64,000 bases of DNA from Octopus sinensis (lineage: Eukaryota). Made by a program: the position numbers and the translations under genes. Shown here one piece after another: positions 40,111-53,733 of the stretch; the first letter of the stretch is position 1, and each line of letters opens with the position of its first letter. The stretch spans positions 34,534,001-34,598,000 of the forward strand of contig NC_043000.1 of NCBI RefSeq assembly GCF_006345805.1, written 5' to 3'. The notes beneath the pieces are model-generated. The model had not been told where the DNA came from. It saw nothing but the letters and a program-made list of their open reading frames with translations, and did no database searches.

Positions 40111-40627
40111 CTAGTATGCTCCTATATCTTCCACTTTATCCTGCTGCATCCTGGTATTTCCCATCATCCACATCTCCACACATATTTACCACTCCCATTA
40201 ACACCTGCCTCCACCTGCTTACCTCACACCCACTCTAAAAAATACTCTGGAAGAGAGACTGCGGTGGTTTTTTTGGGGCTTGTTTACATGATTTTAGAAG
40301 GAATACTGAGAATCCATTTGGGACAGAAGTTGATGTCAAGTTTCTCTCATCTGTGGCCAATATTACATCTTCTTTTATATCAATCCCTACTGCCTCCCTT
40401 TGTACACCTGTAGTAGCAAAGAACTCTGCTGATGTGCGTGTATATATATATATATATATATATATATGTGATATTTGTAAACAAGTGCAAAAGGAGCCAT
40501 GTTAGTGTTGATCTGTGGGTTTGATTCTGGTTGGGGATAGCTCATCATTTTTCAGTCATTTGTTTGAATTTAAAAATTGCTGCTTCAAACTGGAGAGTAA
40601 AATATTATAATGATATATTATTATACA

Positions 40628-40662
<35 letters not shown>

Positions 40663-41019
40663 CATCATCATCATCATGATTTTCATTTAAGCATTCATGT
40701 TCCATGATGCTGGCATGGGCTGGACAGTTTGTCACTATCCAGCTAGCATAAACACTGTACTTGTCTCCAATGTCTGTTTTGGGAAGATTTCTATAGCTGG
40801 GTACCTTTGCTAATACCACTCAGTTTACAGAGGAGGAGGATGTGGCTTTGTGCCAATGGCAGAAAGGCTAAATTAAGAAAGATGGACAGGAACAAGGGTC
40901 TTGCTCTAGAGGAGATACATGCCTATCCCATGGGGGGAAAATGAGAAAGGATAGTATCGATGGTGTATAAGAGTATATACTCTGTGCATGTGTGTGTGTA
41001 TTGTATATATATTTCTTTA

Positions 41020-41230
41020 TTGCTCACAGGGGGCTAAACACAGAGGGAACAAACAATGACAGACAAATGGATGAAGTCAATTACAACCCAGTGCGTAACT
41101 GGTAGTTATTTAATCGACCCTGAAAGGATGAAAAGCAAAGTCGACCTAGGTGGAATTTGAACTCAGAATCTAAAGACAGACAAAATACCACTAAGCATTT
41201 CGCCTGGCATGCTAACGATTCTGCCAGCTT
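41020..41230 (-). mobile_element. SINE family B
   Basis: Reverse-complement match to 21790-22020. Confidence 0.8.
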
Positions 41231-42859
41231 GTGTGTGCGTATTGTATATATGTATAAGTGTATGTGTTTGTGTGTAAGTGAACCCAGACACATTTCTTCT
41301 CTCTCGTTTGTGCTTTCCCCTCCTTCCATTGTTTCCTTTCATTATTCCCCTCTCTAGAAAAGTTTAGGCTCGACATGTCAAAGACTTCTCCATTTTCCCT
41401 GATATTAAACTAATACACCTTGGTTGTTATTCCTTCTCCTGTTTTTTGGTTTTTTGCATGCAATTTTGAATCATTTATATATGTATATACACATATATAA
41501 AAGCGAGTTTGGAAGGATATATTATCCGGACAGATACCATATTAGCTCTCAGTTAATGGCTAACCACAACGATCAGTATCTAACGTCTGTGACTAAGATT
41601 AGTTGTTAGTTGCTCAGTAACTTCTTTCGATGTGTAATTCCGTGTACTCTTTACTGAACAGTATCAATTGTCTGCAATATTGTTGGTGCAACTTCATCCG
41701 TTTGGTCAGCCTCAAAGTGAACAAGTGACTTGATTGAAGTAAATTTTTGTTAGTGTCCTGTGGGAGGTGGAGGACAATATGGCAGGGTTGCATTTGCAAC
41801 AGTGAATAGCCACTGCATCAGAAACAGGTGTAGGTCATTATAATATGCTGTATATAAGGACTACAAAATAAATTCTGTGGATGTACAAGTCTCCATAGCC
41901 TTTGTTATTATTAAGTGTGGGAGGTGGACGTTAAACAATGATGATATATGTATACACATTGGACTCCTTTACAGTTTCCGTTAACAAAATCCACTTACAA
42001 GGCTTTGGTTGGCTTGGAGCTATAGGAGACAACACAAGCCCAAAGTGCCACAAACTATAGCTGAACCTGGGACTCTGTGTGTGTGTGTACATATATATAA
42101 ATATATATATATATAGATAGATATATATATATATATATATATATATCATCGTCATTATCATTTAATGTCCGCTTTCTATGGCATGGGTTGAACGATTTGA
42201 CTGAGGACTGGTGAACCAGATGGTTGCACCAGGCTCCAGTCTTGATCTGGCAGGGTTTCTACAGCTGGATGCCCTTCCTAACGCCAACAACTCCGAGAGT
42301 GTAGTGGGTGCTTTTACATGCCACCAGCATATATATATATATATATATATATAATGAAGGACAAAATCTATATATCAGGGAGCTAGCATGTATTAATTTA
42401 TACTTTTTAGGTATAAATTAATACAGAATAGATAATTTTTTTAATAAAAATTGTAAGAATTATAAGGCCCAACTACCATGCAGTTCCATGTAGTTTGCCT
42501 TTATTATAATTTTTATTTAAAAAATCATATACTCTGCATGTGTGCGTGTGTGTGTTGTAAAATTCCGATTGCTTGAAAGTTCAGGTTTTGCCTTTCTCCT
42601 TATTCCGTGTAGTTTGAAAAGGAAGTGAGAGTTGAAACTCAAGTCCCAGTCAATTTGAAGTCTTTAATAATTTAGACTCTATTCTCATGATTGAGTTGGA
42701 AATATTCTGGTGGTGTTCTTACACAAGCTTCAAAATAATAACTTTATTTAAACATTTATATGCTTATATAGATATAGATACACACACACACACTCAGAGT
42801 GTGTGTGTGTGTGTGTGTGTGCAAATATATAGGTAAAATACATCTGCATATATTTATTC

Positions 42860-42951
42860 ATGAGTATCTATGTATATGCATATATATGTATGTATATATG
42901 TATGTGTGTGTGTGCGTGTGTCTGTGTGTGTATATATGTGTGTGTTTGTGA

Positions 42952-42995
<44 letters not shown>

Positions 42996-43240
42996 ACCAT
43001 ACAAATAAGACAACCTTTGACCTGTGCTGTAGATGATGCTGGCTATTTATCAGACAAGTGACAGAAAAATGGTCTTCTGCAAGAAAATAGATAATCAATA
43101 TTGCTAACACTTCTCTCTCTCTCTCAATGTATAAATATCCATACATACATACATATATATATATACACATATATATATATGTATGTATGTATTTGCATAT
43201 ATATATGTATGTATATATACACATACATGAACATATATGT

Positions 43241-43293
<53 letters not shown>

Positions 43294-43432
43294 TGTATAT
43301 ATATATATACATAAATACATATATATATATATATATGTATGTATATATTTATATATATACATAAATACATATATATACATACATATATATACACATACCT
43401 ATATACATACATAGATATATATAAATATATAC

Positions 43433-43464
<32 letters not shown>

Positions 43465-43522
43465 ATACACACACATACATTAATATACATACATATATAT
43501 AAATATATATAAATATATACAA

Positions 43523-43572
<50 letters not shown>

Positions 43573-43619
43573 GCATATATAATATATACACATACATATA
43601 TACATATATATAAATATGC

Positions 43620-43650
<31 letters not shown>

Positions 43651-43732
43651 ATACACTAAAAATTAATGTAGACATATATATATAGATATATATATTGATA
43701 TATATTATTGATGTATATATATCTTTTATTGA

Positions 43733-43764
<32 letters not shown>

Positions 43765-43781
43765 CACACACACACACACAT

Positions 43782-43827
<46 letters not shown>

Positions 43828-43830
43828 ATA
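42860..43830. repeat. Compound (TA)n/(TG)n microsatellite field
   Basis: Read directly. Confidence 0.9.
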
Positions 43831-44275
43831 TAAATTCATATATTCAAACATATATGTTCTCATCAGTGTGTGTGTGTGCGTGTGTGTGTGTGGTGGAGTA
43901 GCAGTGGAGTGATGGTTGGGCAGTGAGTGAGGAGTGGTGGCAGTAATGAAAACAAAGAAGGAAACTCTCTTACCTCCACCTCCGACCCATCTTCCCCCCT
44001 CTCCTCCCCCAACTCCACAGTATTTTTTTTTACTTTGTTTATTAATTTTATTTATTTTCGTCTGTTTTTATATTATTTCATTATTTTTTAAATATTTTTT
44101 TTTGTCCAACCTATTTTTGTTTGTATATTTGGAGTGTTTATTTACCATTTATACTGTTTGTTTGTTTGTTTGTCTAGTCAAGGCAGCAAACACTAAAATA
44201 ACAAACAAATACATAAATATATATAAAAAAGGTTACAAAAATAAACATAAAATTTTTATAGCTTTCAACTTTGAT

Positions 44276-44316
<41 letters not shown>

Positions 44317-44824
44317 GTTATTGTTATTTTATCATTTCGTTCGTTTGTTTTAAAAGGATGGAGATAAAAATATTTTTAGATTTACAAAATATTTATGAAA
44401 ATGTTTTAAAGTCTGTTATTGTTATAACAATCCTCATTTTTTTTTTGTCTATTCCTCATTAAGACTGTTTCCAGCCCCTCATCATACCGCAGCCACCACC
44501 ACCACTGCCGCCGCCGCCAATACTACCACCATCACCTCATCATGTGTGCCATCTCTGGTATCCCATCACTACCATAACTACCACATCACATGTTCCACTA
44601 CTGGTGTTCTACCCCCATCCCCACGTATGTGCCACCACTGGCACATATGTTGGGGTGTGGGGGGGTGTCTAACCATTGGTACTACCAGTCATTACAATCA
44701 CATCCGATTCTCTTGCACCTTAACACACCACCACCACCATTAGAATTACTTAGAATGCCTCCTCCTCCTCTTCCTCCCCCTTCCTTATCCTTCTCTTTGA
44801 CCCTAATACTTTATCCTTTATTTT

Positions 44825-45230
44825 TTTACTTGTTTCAGTCATTAGACTGTGGCCATGCTGGGGCACCACTCCGAAGAATCTTCAGTTGAATGAATTGACC
44901 CCACACCCCACACTATGTCTTTTTTTTTTTCTTTTAAGCCCAGTACTTATTCTGTCAGGCTCTTTTGCTGAACCACTAAGTTACAGGGATATAAGTACAC
45001 AACAACACCAGTTGTCATGTGGTGGCGGGACACACACACAGACACAAAGCCACACAAACACACATGACAGGCTTCTTTCAGTTTCCAGCTACCAAATCCA
45101 CTCACAAGGCTTTGGTCGGCTGGAGGCTATAGTGGAAGATACTTACCAAAGGTGCCACACAGTGGGATTGAACCTGGAACCATTTGGTTGGGAAGCAAAC
45201 TTCTTACCACACAGCCATACCTGTGCCTAT
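44825..45230 (-). mobile_element. tRNA-derived SINE, family A
   Basis: Full head-to-tail match to 12985-13380. Confidence 0.85.
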
Positions 45231-45847
45231 ATTATCAACTATTTCCCTCTCCCTCCTTAATCTCTCACCTTCACCCAAGGATGTATTACATTCCTAAATT
45301 ACAAAGCAGGTGACAAATTCTATGTTGGTTCTAAGAGGATTTGGGATTAGATTATGACCCCTAACCAGAACATAGAGGATCCTTTGGTTAATGGAACTGT
45401 AGTGTCTCTCTTACCTACTTAAATTACTAAAAGCATTTTTGCATTCCCTGCCTGTCAGTCTATCTGTCTCTTTCTCTTCAACTGAGGCAGCTATGTAACC
45501 CCTTTACTGCGAGACCCCTATTTCTGTCCCTCTATTCAAAGTCAGACCTCTCATCACCTGGTACAAGGCCAACTTCTCTCAATACCATTCCTCCCCTCAG
45601 TTGAGGAGTCTTGTCTTGCAAATTACTTGGTGACCCTCCTGGTGCTGGTGCCCTGTTACAAGTACCCAGTATACTCTGTAAAGTGGTTGGCATTAGGAAA
45701 GGGCATCCTGCCATGGGAACCAGGTCAAAACAGACAAATGGAGTTTGCTACAGTCTTTTAACTTAACAGCTCTTGTCAAACTGTCCAACCCATACCAGCA
45801 TGGAAAACTGACATTATATAATGATGATGATGTGTGTGTGTATTTCT

Positions 45848-45884
<37 letters not shown>

Positions 45885-45955
45885 TTCGGAATAGCCAATA
45901 AATATATATATAAAATATAACGTTGATGCACATGCGCGGACGCGCTCGCGCTATA

Positions 45956-46086
45956 TGACAATTATTCGGTTGCCATAATAAAACTCTGAGTCCCGGATGT
46001 TGGGGTGGAAATCTGCTCTGGCATCTTGTCGGTTATTAAGACAAACAAAAACTTGGAGTTTTATTATTGCAACCGAATAATTATCA
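45956..46086. repeat. 31-bp inverted repeat pair (MITE-like hairpin)
   Basis: tgacaattattcggttgccataataaaactc (45956-45986) versus gagttttattattgcaaccgaataattatca (46056-46086): two mismatches. Confidence 0.8.
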
Positions 46087-46168
46087 CATATTATATTACA
46101 GATAAATTCCTCTATTTACATAATATCAAAGTCTCATTCATTCTTTTGTTGTCATATTATTACTATTA

Positions 46169-46220
<52 letters not shown>

Positions 46221-47923
46221 ATGAATGGTTGGTGTTAGGAAGGGGACCCAGCTGTAAAAATCCTGCCAAAAACAGTCACAAAAGTCTGGTGTAGGCTTCT
46301 GCCTGGCAGGTCCCTGTCAAACAGTCCTACCCATGCCAGTATGGAAGGTGAATGTTAAGCGATAATTATGATGATGAAGATGATGATATAGATATATATA
46401 GATATACATAAATATATGTATAGACACATGCACAAACACAGATACACAAGAATAAATATTGCTAACAATAATTTTCTGAAAATACTGTGTGTGTGAGCTA
46501 CTTCTTCTCATCCATAGTCAATGGATTTAACTTTGGATATTACTGTTTTTGTGTTTGGACCAAGTGTCTATCTTTAATAGGACAGCAACCCTTTGGGAAA
46601 TATGGGAAGAACTGGGACTGCAAGAACTAAGATAACAAAGACAATATTACTTTTATCAGTTTGTCTATATATAAATAAATATATATATATGAAGGGTCAT
46701 TTTTTTTTTAATGTTGCTTGTCTTGTTTTCCATTTGTTTCTTTCATTGCTCGCAAAAAAAGTTTGTATGCCATAGTTTCATATTTCATGTTGTTTATGTT
46801 CTGTGGTGTCCTGTGCCCATATATGCATGTGTATATACATATATATGTATGTACATATATGTGTGTATGTATGCATGTATATTTATATTCCATTTATATT
46901 ATTATTATTATTATACACACACACACACACATATATATACATACATGCATAAATGTATACACACACACTCACATATATATATATACACACACCTCATGTT
47001 ATTTACCACAATACACTACACACCTCATCAAACCCTCTACCTTGTAGAAATTATTTAAATTTTCAAATGCTGAAATAATTTTAATAATTTCTGATTAACA
47101 TCCACCCTCATAAATCTTTCTGAATTTTAAAATTCCCTTCCAATTTAAATTTAATCTCAATATTGTAACATTCTTGCATTTTAAAATTATTTCATCAAAA
47201 ATATTACAATACAGAGTTGACTGTGTGTTGTCCATTGGGCAGTATGTGTTGGTGTAAAATCACCTAAAATCCATTCTCTACACAAGGCCATAACAAGGAT
47301 GGAACCCACGTCGTGATGTAGTAAAAACACCTTGAAATCCCTATAAAATAAAATATACAATACCATAAACCCAAATGCAAAATTCCCCTGTTGCCTCCCA
47401 CAGCCACCCAAACAATCCCTCCTCCGTTACATTTGTTTCTTTGACTGACTCAAACACAGATAGGCAAGCAGCATACTTAAATGGATGTATGTACACACAC
47501 ACACACACACAAAGGACAAGCTTCTATTAGTTTCCCTCGACTAAAATTGGTTGTCCTAATGCATTTGTACAAGACACTTGTCCAAGGTGCCATGAAATTG
47601 GATTGAACCTGAAAACATGGCTGTGAAACAAACTTCTGAACTACAGAACCACACCTGCTTACACGTGTACAAAAATACATTATTATTATTATCATCATTA
47701 TCATTATTATTATTGTGAACTGGCAGAATTGTTAGCATGTTGGGTGAAATACTTAACGGCATTTCATCTGTCCTTACATTCTGAGTTTAAATTCTGCCAA
47801 GGTCAACTTTGCCTTTCATCCTTTTGGGGTCAATGAATTAAGTACCAGTCAATTACTGGGGTTGATATAATTGATTATCCTCCTCCTCACAAGATCCAGG
47901 CCTTGTGCCTATAGTAGAAAGGA

Positions 47924-48205
47924 TTATTACCTCTGCCTTAGCGAAGGTAGAGGTATTGTTTACAGTCGAATTTGTTTGTTTGTCCACAGACAAAATATCT
48001 CAAGAATTGCTGGATGGCATGAACTGATTAGAATCTGGGATCGATCCGGTACCAGACAAGAATTCTGGATTTCTATTTTTCTTTTTTAACTTAATTTTTG
48101 ACAGTGGTCGGGTTCATTTTTAGTAATCTCATTTGTGAGAGCAGTCGAGTTTATTTCAGATTTTCTCATTAAAAAAATCATCTCTGGTTAATCGTTGAGA
48201 GGATG
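47924..48205 (+). mobile_element. DINE-1/HINE-like non-autonomous element, 3'-truncated
   Basis: Same 5' palindrome and body as 49190-49565. Confidence 0.55.
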
Positions 48206-48358
48206 TTTTTTATTATTATTATCAAATTCTGCTGAGGTTAACTTTGCCTTTCATCCTTTCGGAGTCGATAAATTAAGTACTAGTTGCATACTGGGATTGA
48301 TCTTATCGACTGGACTCCCTCCTCCAGAATTTTGGGCCTTGTGCCTAGAGCAGAAAAG

Positions 48359-48399
<41 letters not shown>

Positions 48400-48635
48400 C
48401 GAGCGAGGTCGTTGCCAGTGCTGCCTGACTGGGACCATGCCGGTGGCACGTAAAAGCACTCACAACACTCAGAATGGTTGGCGTTAAGAAGGGCATCCAG
48501 CTGTAGAAACTCTGCCAGATCAAGATTGAAGCATGGTGCAGCCATCTGGTTTGCCAGCCCTCAGTCAAATCGTCCAACCCATGCTAGCATGGAAAGTGGA
48601 CGTTAAACGATGATGATGATGATCAAATCACATTG

Positions 48636-48930
48636 ACTAGTGGCATTTTCTGTTGCTGGACAGAGGGTCCAGTGAAAATGCTTGGAGTCTGGTTTGTACC
48701 AGATCTCCAATTGGATAGAAACTGGGAAGAGATCATGGTCAGGGTGACCAATCTCACAAAGAAATAGGCTAAAAAGAAGCTGTCTCTGAAAGGTTGGATG
48801 GAAGTAGCACATGCATCCATCACCTTGGTGTGTGCCACTGTCTAACCATCATACCTTGTCCCAAGGTATATTGGTTAGGCACTGGTACAGACCAGACTGG
48901 AGTGCTTACTTTTTCAATTCTTATGACCTT
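48636..48930 (+). mobile_element. L1/Tx1-like LINE fragment (post-RT region)
   Basis: WTEGPVKMLGVWFVPDLQLDRNWEEIMVRV...KKLSLKGWMEV resembles the Tx1-type VKILGVWF...NW...LSLKG(R) segment. Confidence 0.65.
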
Positions 48931-49189
48931 GAAGATGGCAGAATAATCCAGGACTTTTTGGTTGGGGGTCTACCCCAAATTACCCAAACTACCCTGCTAT
49001 TGGGGATGCTAATTATCAATTATTCATTTTTCTAATTTCTATTTTTGTGTCCTATTGTTATATCCCTAACATTGTCTCACCCCCTTGATCGATGTAAACC
49101 CTGTTCTGTGTGTTGTATCTTGTACTCTGATATTGTCCTCCATATCTTGAACCCTTGTGGCCAATAAAAAAAAATCATCATCATCATAA

Positions 49190-49565
49190 TTATTACCTCC
49201 ACCTTAGCAAAGGTGGAGGTATTGTTTTCAGTCGTGTTTGTTTGTTTGTCCGTGGACAAAATATCTCAAGTACAGATGGATGGATTTGGATGAAACTTTC
49301 AAGGATATTTGGCCTCATGACTGACATCAGCTGGTTAGATTTTGGGATTGATCTGGTACCAGACAAGGATTCTGGATTATTTTTCCTGTTTTTTTACTTA
49401 ATTTTTGAGAGAGCGGTTGAGTTCATTTTAAGTATTCTTATTTGTGAGAGCAGTCAAGTTTATTTCAGATATTCTCATTTTAAAAATCATCTCTGGCTAA
49501 TCGTTGAGAGGATGTTGGTGTTGCCTTGACGGAGCTTCGGAGGCTTGCACTCTCTGAGTGCTCTA
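49190..49565 (+). mobile_element. DINE-1/HINE-like (Helentron-associated) non-autonomous element
   Basis: 5' palindrome TACCTCCACCTT-agca-AAGGTGGAGGTA (49194-49221), a gtttgtttgt tract, and 3' hairpin GCACTC-tct-GAGTGC (49547-49561). Confidence 0.6.
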
Positions 49566-51441
49566 TTACTATTATTATTATTATTATTTCTATTATTATT
49601 ATTACTATTATTATTATTCAGTAGTCTTATTTTTATCACCTTCGATATGTGCTGTGGTTTATTTTAGTGTTGTTACTTATGCTGTATTGAAAAGATCTTC
49701 AAATATAATTTTTATTATTATCAATACAGCAAGCTGGCAGAATGATTAGCACACCAGGCTAAGCGGCATTTTGTCCATCTTTGAATTCTAGTTCAAATTC
49801 CACCAAGGTCAACTTTGCCTTTTGTTCTTCTGAGGTTGGTAAAATGAGTACCAGTTGAGCACTAAGGGTTAATGTATTCAATTAACCCCTGAAATTGCTG
49901 GCCTCGTGCCAAAATTTGAAGCCATTTTTATTTTCATTATTATTATTATTATTATTGTTATTATTATTAGAAGGTGGTGGGCTGACAGGTCTGTTAGTAC
50001 ACCAGATGAAATGCTCAGCGGCATTTTGTCTGTCTTTACGTTCTGAGTTCAAATTCTGCCGAGGTTGACTTTGCCTTTCATCCTTTCGGGGTCGATAAAT
50101 TAAGTACCAGTTGAACACTGGGATCAATGTAATCTACTTAGTCCCTTTCCCTGAATTGGAAGCCTTCTGCTTCCAGTAGAAACGATTATTATTATTATTA
50201 TTGTTTCTGCTGAAGGTGGTGAGCTGTCAGAATTGTTAGCATGCTGGAGGAAATGCTTAGCAGTATTTTGCCTGTCGCTATGTTGTGAGTTCAAATTCCA
50301 CCGAGGTCAACTTTGCTATTCATCCTTTCAGGGTTGATAACATAAGTACCAGTTGAACACTGGGGTCGATGTAATCGACTCATATCCAACTCCCTCAAGC
50401 TGCCCTTGTGGCAAAAATTTGAAATAGTTATCATTGTTTTTGTTATTGCTGTTACATACAGAGAAGACACGAACAAAGGACAAGGAATAAATATATTTCA
50501 TATGCGAATTATACATACATACATACATATATATATATGTATATGTATATGTGTGTGTGTGTGTGTGTGTATACACACACGAATACAGACACATGTGTGT
50601 GCGCATTCAAACACACACTGTGTTTATACAAGCATATGAATGCATGTGGTCACTTTTATAAACACACGGAAGAGGACAGTAAAAAGTCAATAAATCCAAT
50701 TCCCAAGACCAAACTAATCTGAAAATGGAATCTACCAAAATCAATAGAACTTTGGAAAAGCAGAAATTGGTCAGCTGATTGAACATTACAGTTGTTATGT
50801 AGACATTTCTTGCAAAGCCCAATTGCAGTGGACAGCTGTCTCTCAGCTTGCTCTTCCATTATTTGGTACCTTTGCAACAGAAAGTCACGATGATGTCACA
50901 ATGTTTCATTGTCACCCTGTTGCTATGGCAATGACAGTCGGTTGTTAAGAACAGCCACTGCAAGGCTGAGTGTTACAGTATTGGTCTGACAGAGCAACGT
51001 TAACACAGTATCAACCAAATGGTTGATTATATAAGCACCATAAAACTGGATGGCATTTGGGCCCATGGTCAGTATATAGCTTGACTTGAGGACAGTAATT
51101 GGTATTCAGGGCACTGGAAATACAAAGGGTATATATTCGCCTCTAATATCATCATCATCATCATCATTTCACGACTACTATGCCATTCTTGCCTGAAAGG
51201 GATGTATGCTCTTGTAAAATACTTTAGCATATCCCTTATGTGGTTTAGCAACCTCTCTCTCTCTCTACATATATATTCTATGGGCTTCTTTCAGTTTCCA
51301 TCTACCAAATCAACTCACAAGGCTTTGGTCGTCTTGAGGCTATAGTAGAAGACACTTGCACAAGGAGTCATGCAGTGGGACTGAACCCAGAACTATGTTG
51401 TTGGGAAGTAAGCTTCTTACTATACAGCCATGCCTGCACCC

Positions 51442-51490
<49 letters not shown>

Positions 51491-51499
51491 GGTAGCTAA

Positions 51500-51705
51500 G
51501 TGGCTAGAGAGTTTGGCTCATAATTGTATGGTTGTGTGCTTGATAGCTGGTGGAGTGTTGTGTCCTCGAGCAAGACTCTTTAATCCACATTGCTCCAGTC
51601 CACTCAGCTGGCAAAAATGAATTGTACCTGTAATTCAAAGGCTGAATCTCACTGAGGGCAATGTTAAGGGTATATGTGTCTGTGGAGTACTCAGCCACTT
51701 GCAGA
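51500..51705 (+). mobile_element. SINE-like repeat family C
   Basis: gtgtcctcgagcaagac...tgctccagtccactcagctg and gtctgtggagtactcagccacttg; the latter is shared with 62020-62290. Confidence 0.55.
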
Positions 51706-53247
51706 CAACAGCCACAGTTTTGCAGTCAAGAATTTAGTTTGATATCCCTCCAGTCTTGACAGCGTATTCACAGAACCTTACCAAACAGCTCTTTTGTCAT
51801 ATCTACAGAATTGTCTTTTCCAGTGAGTTTGCTCAGTTGTTTGTACTATTAATTCAAGACCAACAAGGAAAATATTTTGTGCAGAGAATAAAGTTTCTGT
51901 CAATTGTTCACATGTGTTGTGTATAATTAATACGCAACCAGAACACAACTCAGCCACCAGCACCACCATATCATTCATTCGATGACTTACATGAGAATCG
52001 GTAACCATTACTGTGTGACAAACGCATGCACAGGAAATATGAACCTAGAATTTTATGGTTAGCAGAGACCACTATTGAAGCCTCTCACTTACTGGACATC
52101 AACCATTACAACAAATATATTTGACAGAATTGTATTAAATTGTTTGGGTTTGGAACTGAAGAGTTTACAAGTTTTGCAGTGATGTTTTAATAAACAAGAG
52201 CGGAAGAGAGAAGAGAACTAGGATGAGAAAAAGAATGTGAATTATTTCAATTATTTAAAGAAGAAAAACGGTTGTCAAAACACTAACTTTGGAAGGGTTG
52301 TGTGAAAGAGTGAAAAACCTTGAAGACAGAATGAAAACAATGTATGATAAAATGTTAACAATAATTGACTATTGAATGAGGTTAAAGAGTTGACCATGTA
52401 TAGGCCACTGAGTCACAGGTTCAAACCTTACTATATACATTAACCATTCAGATTATTCTGTCAAATGTAATGCTTATGAGATGATATCAAAAAGTTCCCA
52501 GACAAATTATGTTTAATAAAAAAAAATAACCTATTTACCTAAGTTTTAACATCATCTCCTTCGAAATAGTCTCCTTGCTCAGCAATACACCTGTTCCAGC
52601 ATTCCTGCCACTTTTGGAATCTGGCCTAGAAGTAATTTTCCATATGTGAGTTGACAACCTTTCTGTGATTCACTCTGGATCTCAACAATGGTGTTTAAAA
52701 CGGTAACCTCTGAGCTGCATTTTCACCTTCAATAAGAGACAGAAGCCTGCTGGAGCTAAATCTGGTGAATAGGGTGGGTGCGTAAGCGATACCATGTTGT
52801 TTCTGGTGAGAAACTCATGTGTGAAATGAGCTTGGTGACAGGGCGCCTTGTGATCATGAAGAATCCATAGACCCAACTGCTTTTGCCAAATGTTCTCCCT
52901 CAAATGCTTCAAAACATTACAGTAGAACTTGTGATTGATGGTCTGCGCCTGGAGGACGAATTCTTGATGCTCTGTTGTGAAGAGAGTACGACAACCCCGA
53001 TGGGAAAAGAAGGGACTACTACAGATATATAGTAGTGGTTTGACATAGTCGCCAGTTTGTAGTTTGGTCTTTGAAATCCAGGTACAGTTTATAGTTTGAG
53101 TTGGTGTGTTGGAAATATTGATTGTTGGTTCGTTGTGTGTTTGTTACTGCTTCTATTTTGTATTGTTATAACACTGTTACAGGGTATTCTTTATCTATTG
53201 TCGACAATATCAGCCGTATGATATTGGAGGCATAAGGATATAACATC

Positions 53248-53260
53248 TGGCGATGAGGAT
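53248..53260 (+). promoter_or_regulatory. Primer-binding site, tRNA-Ser(GCU)-type
   Basis: TGGCGATGAGGAT two nt after the 5' LTR. The complement of the metazoan tRNA-Ser(GCU) 3' end is TGGCGACGAGGAT, so one CpG transition separates them. Confidence 0.75.
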
Positions 53261-53722
53261 TTTTCGAAGATCATGTAAGATATTTGACAATTTGTATGTC
53301 ATACAAATTGTTAAATTATGGAGAACCTATTAGCAGCAGTAATACAGCTTCAAGAGAAGCAACAGGAACAACTACGGGAGTTGCAGAAAGCAAATATTAC
53401 AACAACAACAACATTTAACTGAGTTACAGTCAGGTTGCACTTGGGCACTACTGGTAACATGTAATCCAGCACAACCTGTTGCGTGCTTGGAAGCCAAAGT
53501 ACCACCATTAAAATACTTATCATGTCTCGTGAAAAGGCCGATATTGGATAAAAATTCAAATTCCTGATTTCAAATTCCAGGCCGATACTGTGTGGAAATG
53601 CCAATATTGTGTGAAAATTCAAATTCCTAATTTCAAATTCCAAACCAAACACCTTGAAAAGAAATACTAAAAAATACTAATAATAAATAAAATTTCTTTA
53701 TTCCTTCGGAACTCAAAATCTC

Positions 53723-53733
53723 AAAAGGGGAGA
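53723..53733 (+). promoter_or_regulatory. Polypurine tract
   Basis: AAAAGGGGAGA directly before the TGT start of the 3' LTR. Confidence 0.8.

Larger units (their letters stand above)
47715..50420 (+). mobile_element. Cluster of five same-strand family B SINEs separated by (ATT)n and other insertions
   Basis: Copies at ~47720, ~48220, ~49730, ~49975 and ~50215. Confidence 0.8.

Noticed and set aside
40223-40407. 185-nt minus-strand segment with acceptor, strong donor and a 60-codon open frame
   Set aside because: The frame ends in a stop just before the donor, I recognise no homology, and it borders a decayed RTE; an open frame of this length is expected by chance.
51990-52160. Two short minus-strand AG...GT segments (54 and 63 nt)
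   Set aside because: The implied intron is only 48 nt, the joined frame stops early, and I recognise no homology.
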